From IMG/VR virus record IMGVR_UViG_3300024999_000036: a stretch of 64,000 nucleotides of DNA. The stretch is one strand, 5' to 3'. This stretch comes from an uncultured virus (IMG/VR IMGVR_UViG_3300024999_000036) (Duplodnaviria > Heunggongvirae > Uroviricota > Caudoviricetes). A program made the position numbers and the translations under genes. Under the pieces are notes generated by a model. It was not told where the DNA came from. It saw only the letters and a list, made by a program, of their open reading frames with translations, and searched no databases. The stretch's first letter is position 1. Each line of letters begins with the position of its first letter. This document shows positions 62,970 through 64,000 of the stretch, piece by piece.

Positions 62970-64000
62970 ATGCCAAGTTATCAGAATTTTAATTCAAATA
63001 AAAAATTTATTCCAAAAGAATTATTAAACAAAAACAGAGTTTTAACTATGTCAAATAATCGAAAGTGTGATTATTTAATTGTTGATGTAGGTAATAATTT
63101 AGCATCTATAATGGCGATTAATAATCAAGGTAATAGCAAAGATATTTTAGTAGTTAAAACATTTGAGAATAAAAAATTTTCTGAACTTGTAGATGAAGCA
63201 TATTGGTTATGTACTGAATTTGGAATAAGAATTATTTTAGCAGATATTCGTGGATCAGGATTAGGATTTATTGATACATTTAAAATTAATATTAAGCAAG
63301 ATTATATACAGATTAAAGCATTAGATGGAAATAAAATAAATCAATTTGTAAATATTAATGAGATAGTAAATGATTTAAATAATGGTGTTTTAAGATTTTT
63401 GCAAACACCAGAATTAGCAAAAAATACATATATTAAACCGTTTTTAGGATTGTCTAATATTATTGAATATCATAAAGAAACAGATAAATTAATTGATGAA
63501 GTTAATAATCTTGAAATTAAAATGAGATTAGGTAATATTGTTTTGGGTCGTTTAGATGATATTATTGGGAAAACAAGATTAAATTGTTTACTAATGTTTT
63601 ATTCTTATCCTATGAATTGTGTAGATAGTGAAAATAATACGGATAACAAACAATATGATATTGCTAAACGAATGGCACAATATGAAGTAATTCATGGTAC
63701 ATTTTATAAATATTTATTTAAATGTATAGAGAATGAGAAAATTAATGTGATTTTTTATCATAGTAATAAAAATAAGATTGAACAGTTTAAAAATATAGTT
63801 AAAGAAAATAATTTTGTTAATTTAAGTGAAAAATATATTGATAGAATTATTGTATCTAAGGATAGATTTGAAATTATATTTTTAAATAGTAGTCAAATTA
63901 GGTTTATTTATGCTAGTGATAATGCAAGAGGTTATAGATATCATTTTGCTGTAGTGGATAGAGAAATTGAAAAAGATATGTTTGATAATGTGATTGCTGG
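62970..64000 (+). CDS. terminase large subunit-like protein with reversed domain order, partial
   Basis: AAGGAGG RBS; frame open to window end; YLIVDVG and ADIRGSGLG (nuclease-like) precede IIFLNSSQI...DNARGYR...AVVD (ATPase-like). Confidence 0.6.
   Translation, partial: MPSYQNFNSNKKFIPKELLNKNRVLTMSNNRKCDYLIVDVGNNLASIMAINNQGNSKDILVVKTFENKKFSELVDEAYWLCTEFGIRIILADIRGSGLGFIDTFKINIKQDYIQIKALDGNKINQFVNINEIVNDLNNGVLRFLQTPELAKNTYIKPFLGLSNIIEYHKETDKLIDEVNNLEIKMRLGNIVLGRLDDIIGKTRLNCLLMFYSYPMNCVDSENNTDNKQYDIAKRMAQYEVIHGTFYKYLFKCIENEKINVIFYHSNKNKIEQFKNIVKENNFVNLSEKYIDRIIVSKDRFEIIFLNSSQIRFIYASDNARGYRYHFAVVDREIEKDMFDNVIA

Larger units (their letters stand above)
1..64000. mobile_element. SPbeta-like large temperate phage/prophage region (Firmicute, probably Clostridia)
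   Basis: YonO-like RNAP followed by a YonJ-like phosphoesterase and a terminase-like ORF as in SPbeta; dense small hypothetical genes; homing endonucleases; no host housekeeping genes. Confidence 0.85.

Noticed and set aside
1..64000. CRISPR array, tRNA or rRNA genes
   Set aside because: No regularly spaced repeat-spacer array and no cloverleaf or rRNA-like sequence seen by eye

Overview
Very AT-rich segment of a large SPbeta-like temperate phage (possibly a phage-plasmid) of a spore-forming Firmicute, most likely clostridial. It has three zones. (1) 1-37.4 kb: about 70 mostly small minus-strand genes, many as stand-alone sigmaA promoter/RBS/ORF/terminator units. The end near 37 kb is rich in counter-defence domains (ART, HExxH peptidases, DarA-C-like, DUF932, DUF4258, DUF262, LPD29, DUF4942 methylase) and carries three host-type parS sites. 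(2) 37.4-44.3 kb: a non-coding junction with an abrupt strand-composition switch near 38.1 kb, an XRE regulator, and an operon of RHH regulator, SpoIIIAC/AD-like membrane proteins, FtsK/SpoIIIE ATPase and replication-relaxation protein, headed by 12-bp-phased repeats. (3) 44.5-64 kb, plus strand: tyrosine recombinase, RepL-like protein, UvrD/PcrA helicase, homing-type endonuclease, YonO-like single-subunit RNA polymerase with a coupled partner, beta-CASP hydrolase, YonJ-like phosphoesterase, ClpP-like protease, and a partial terminase-like ORF with its domains in reversed order. All family calls come from motif recognition by eye; no searches were run.
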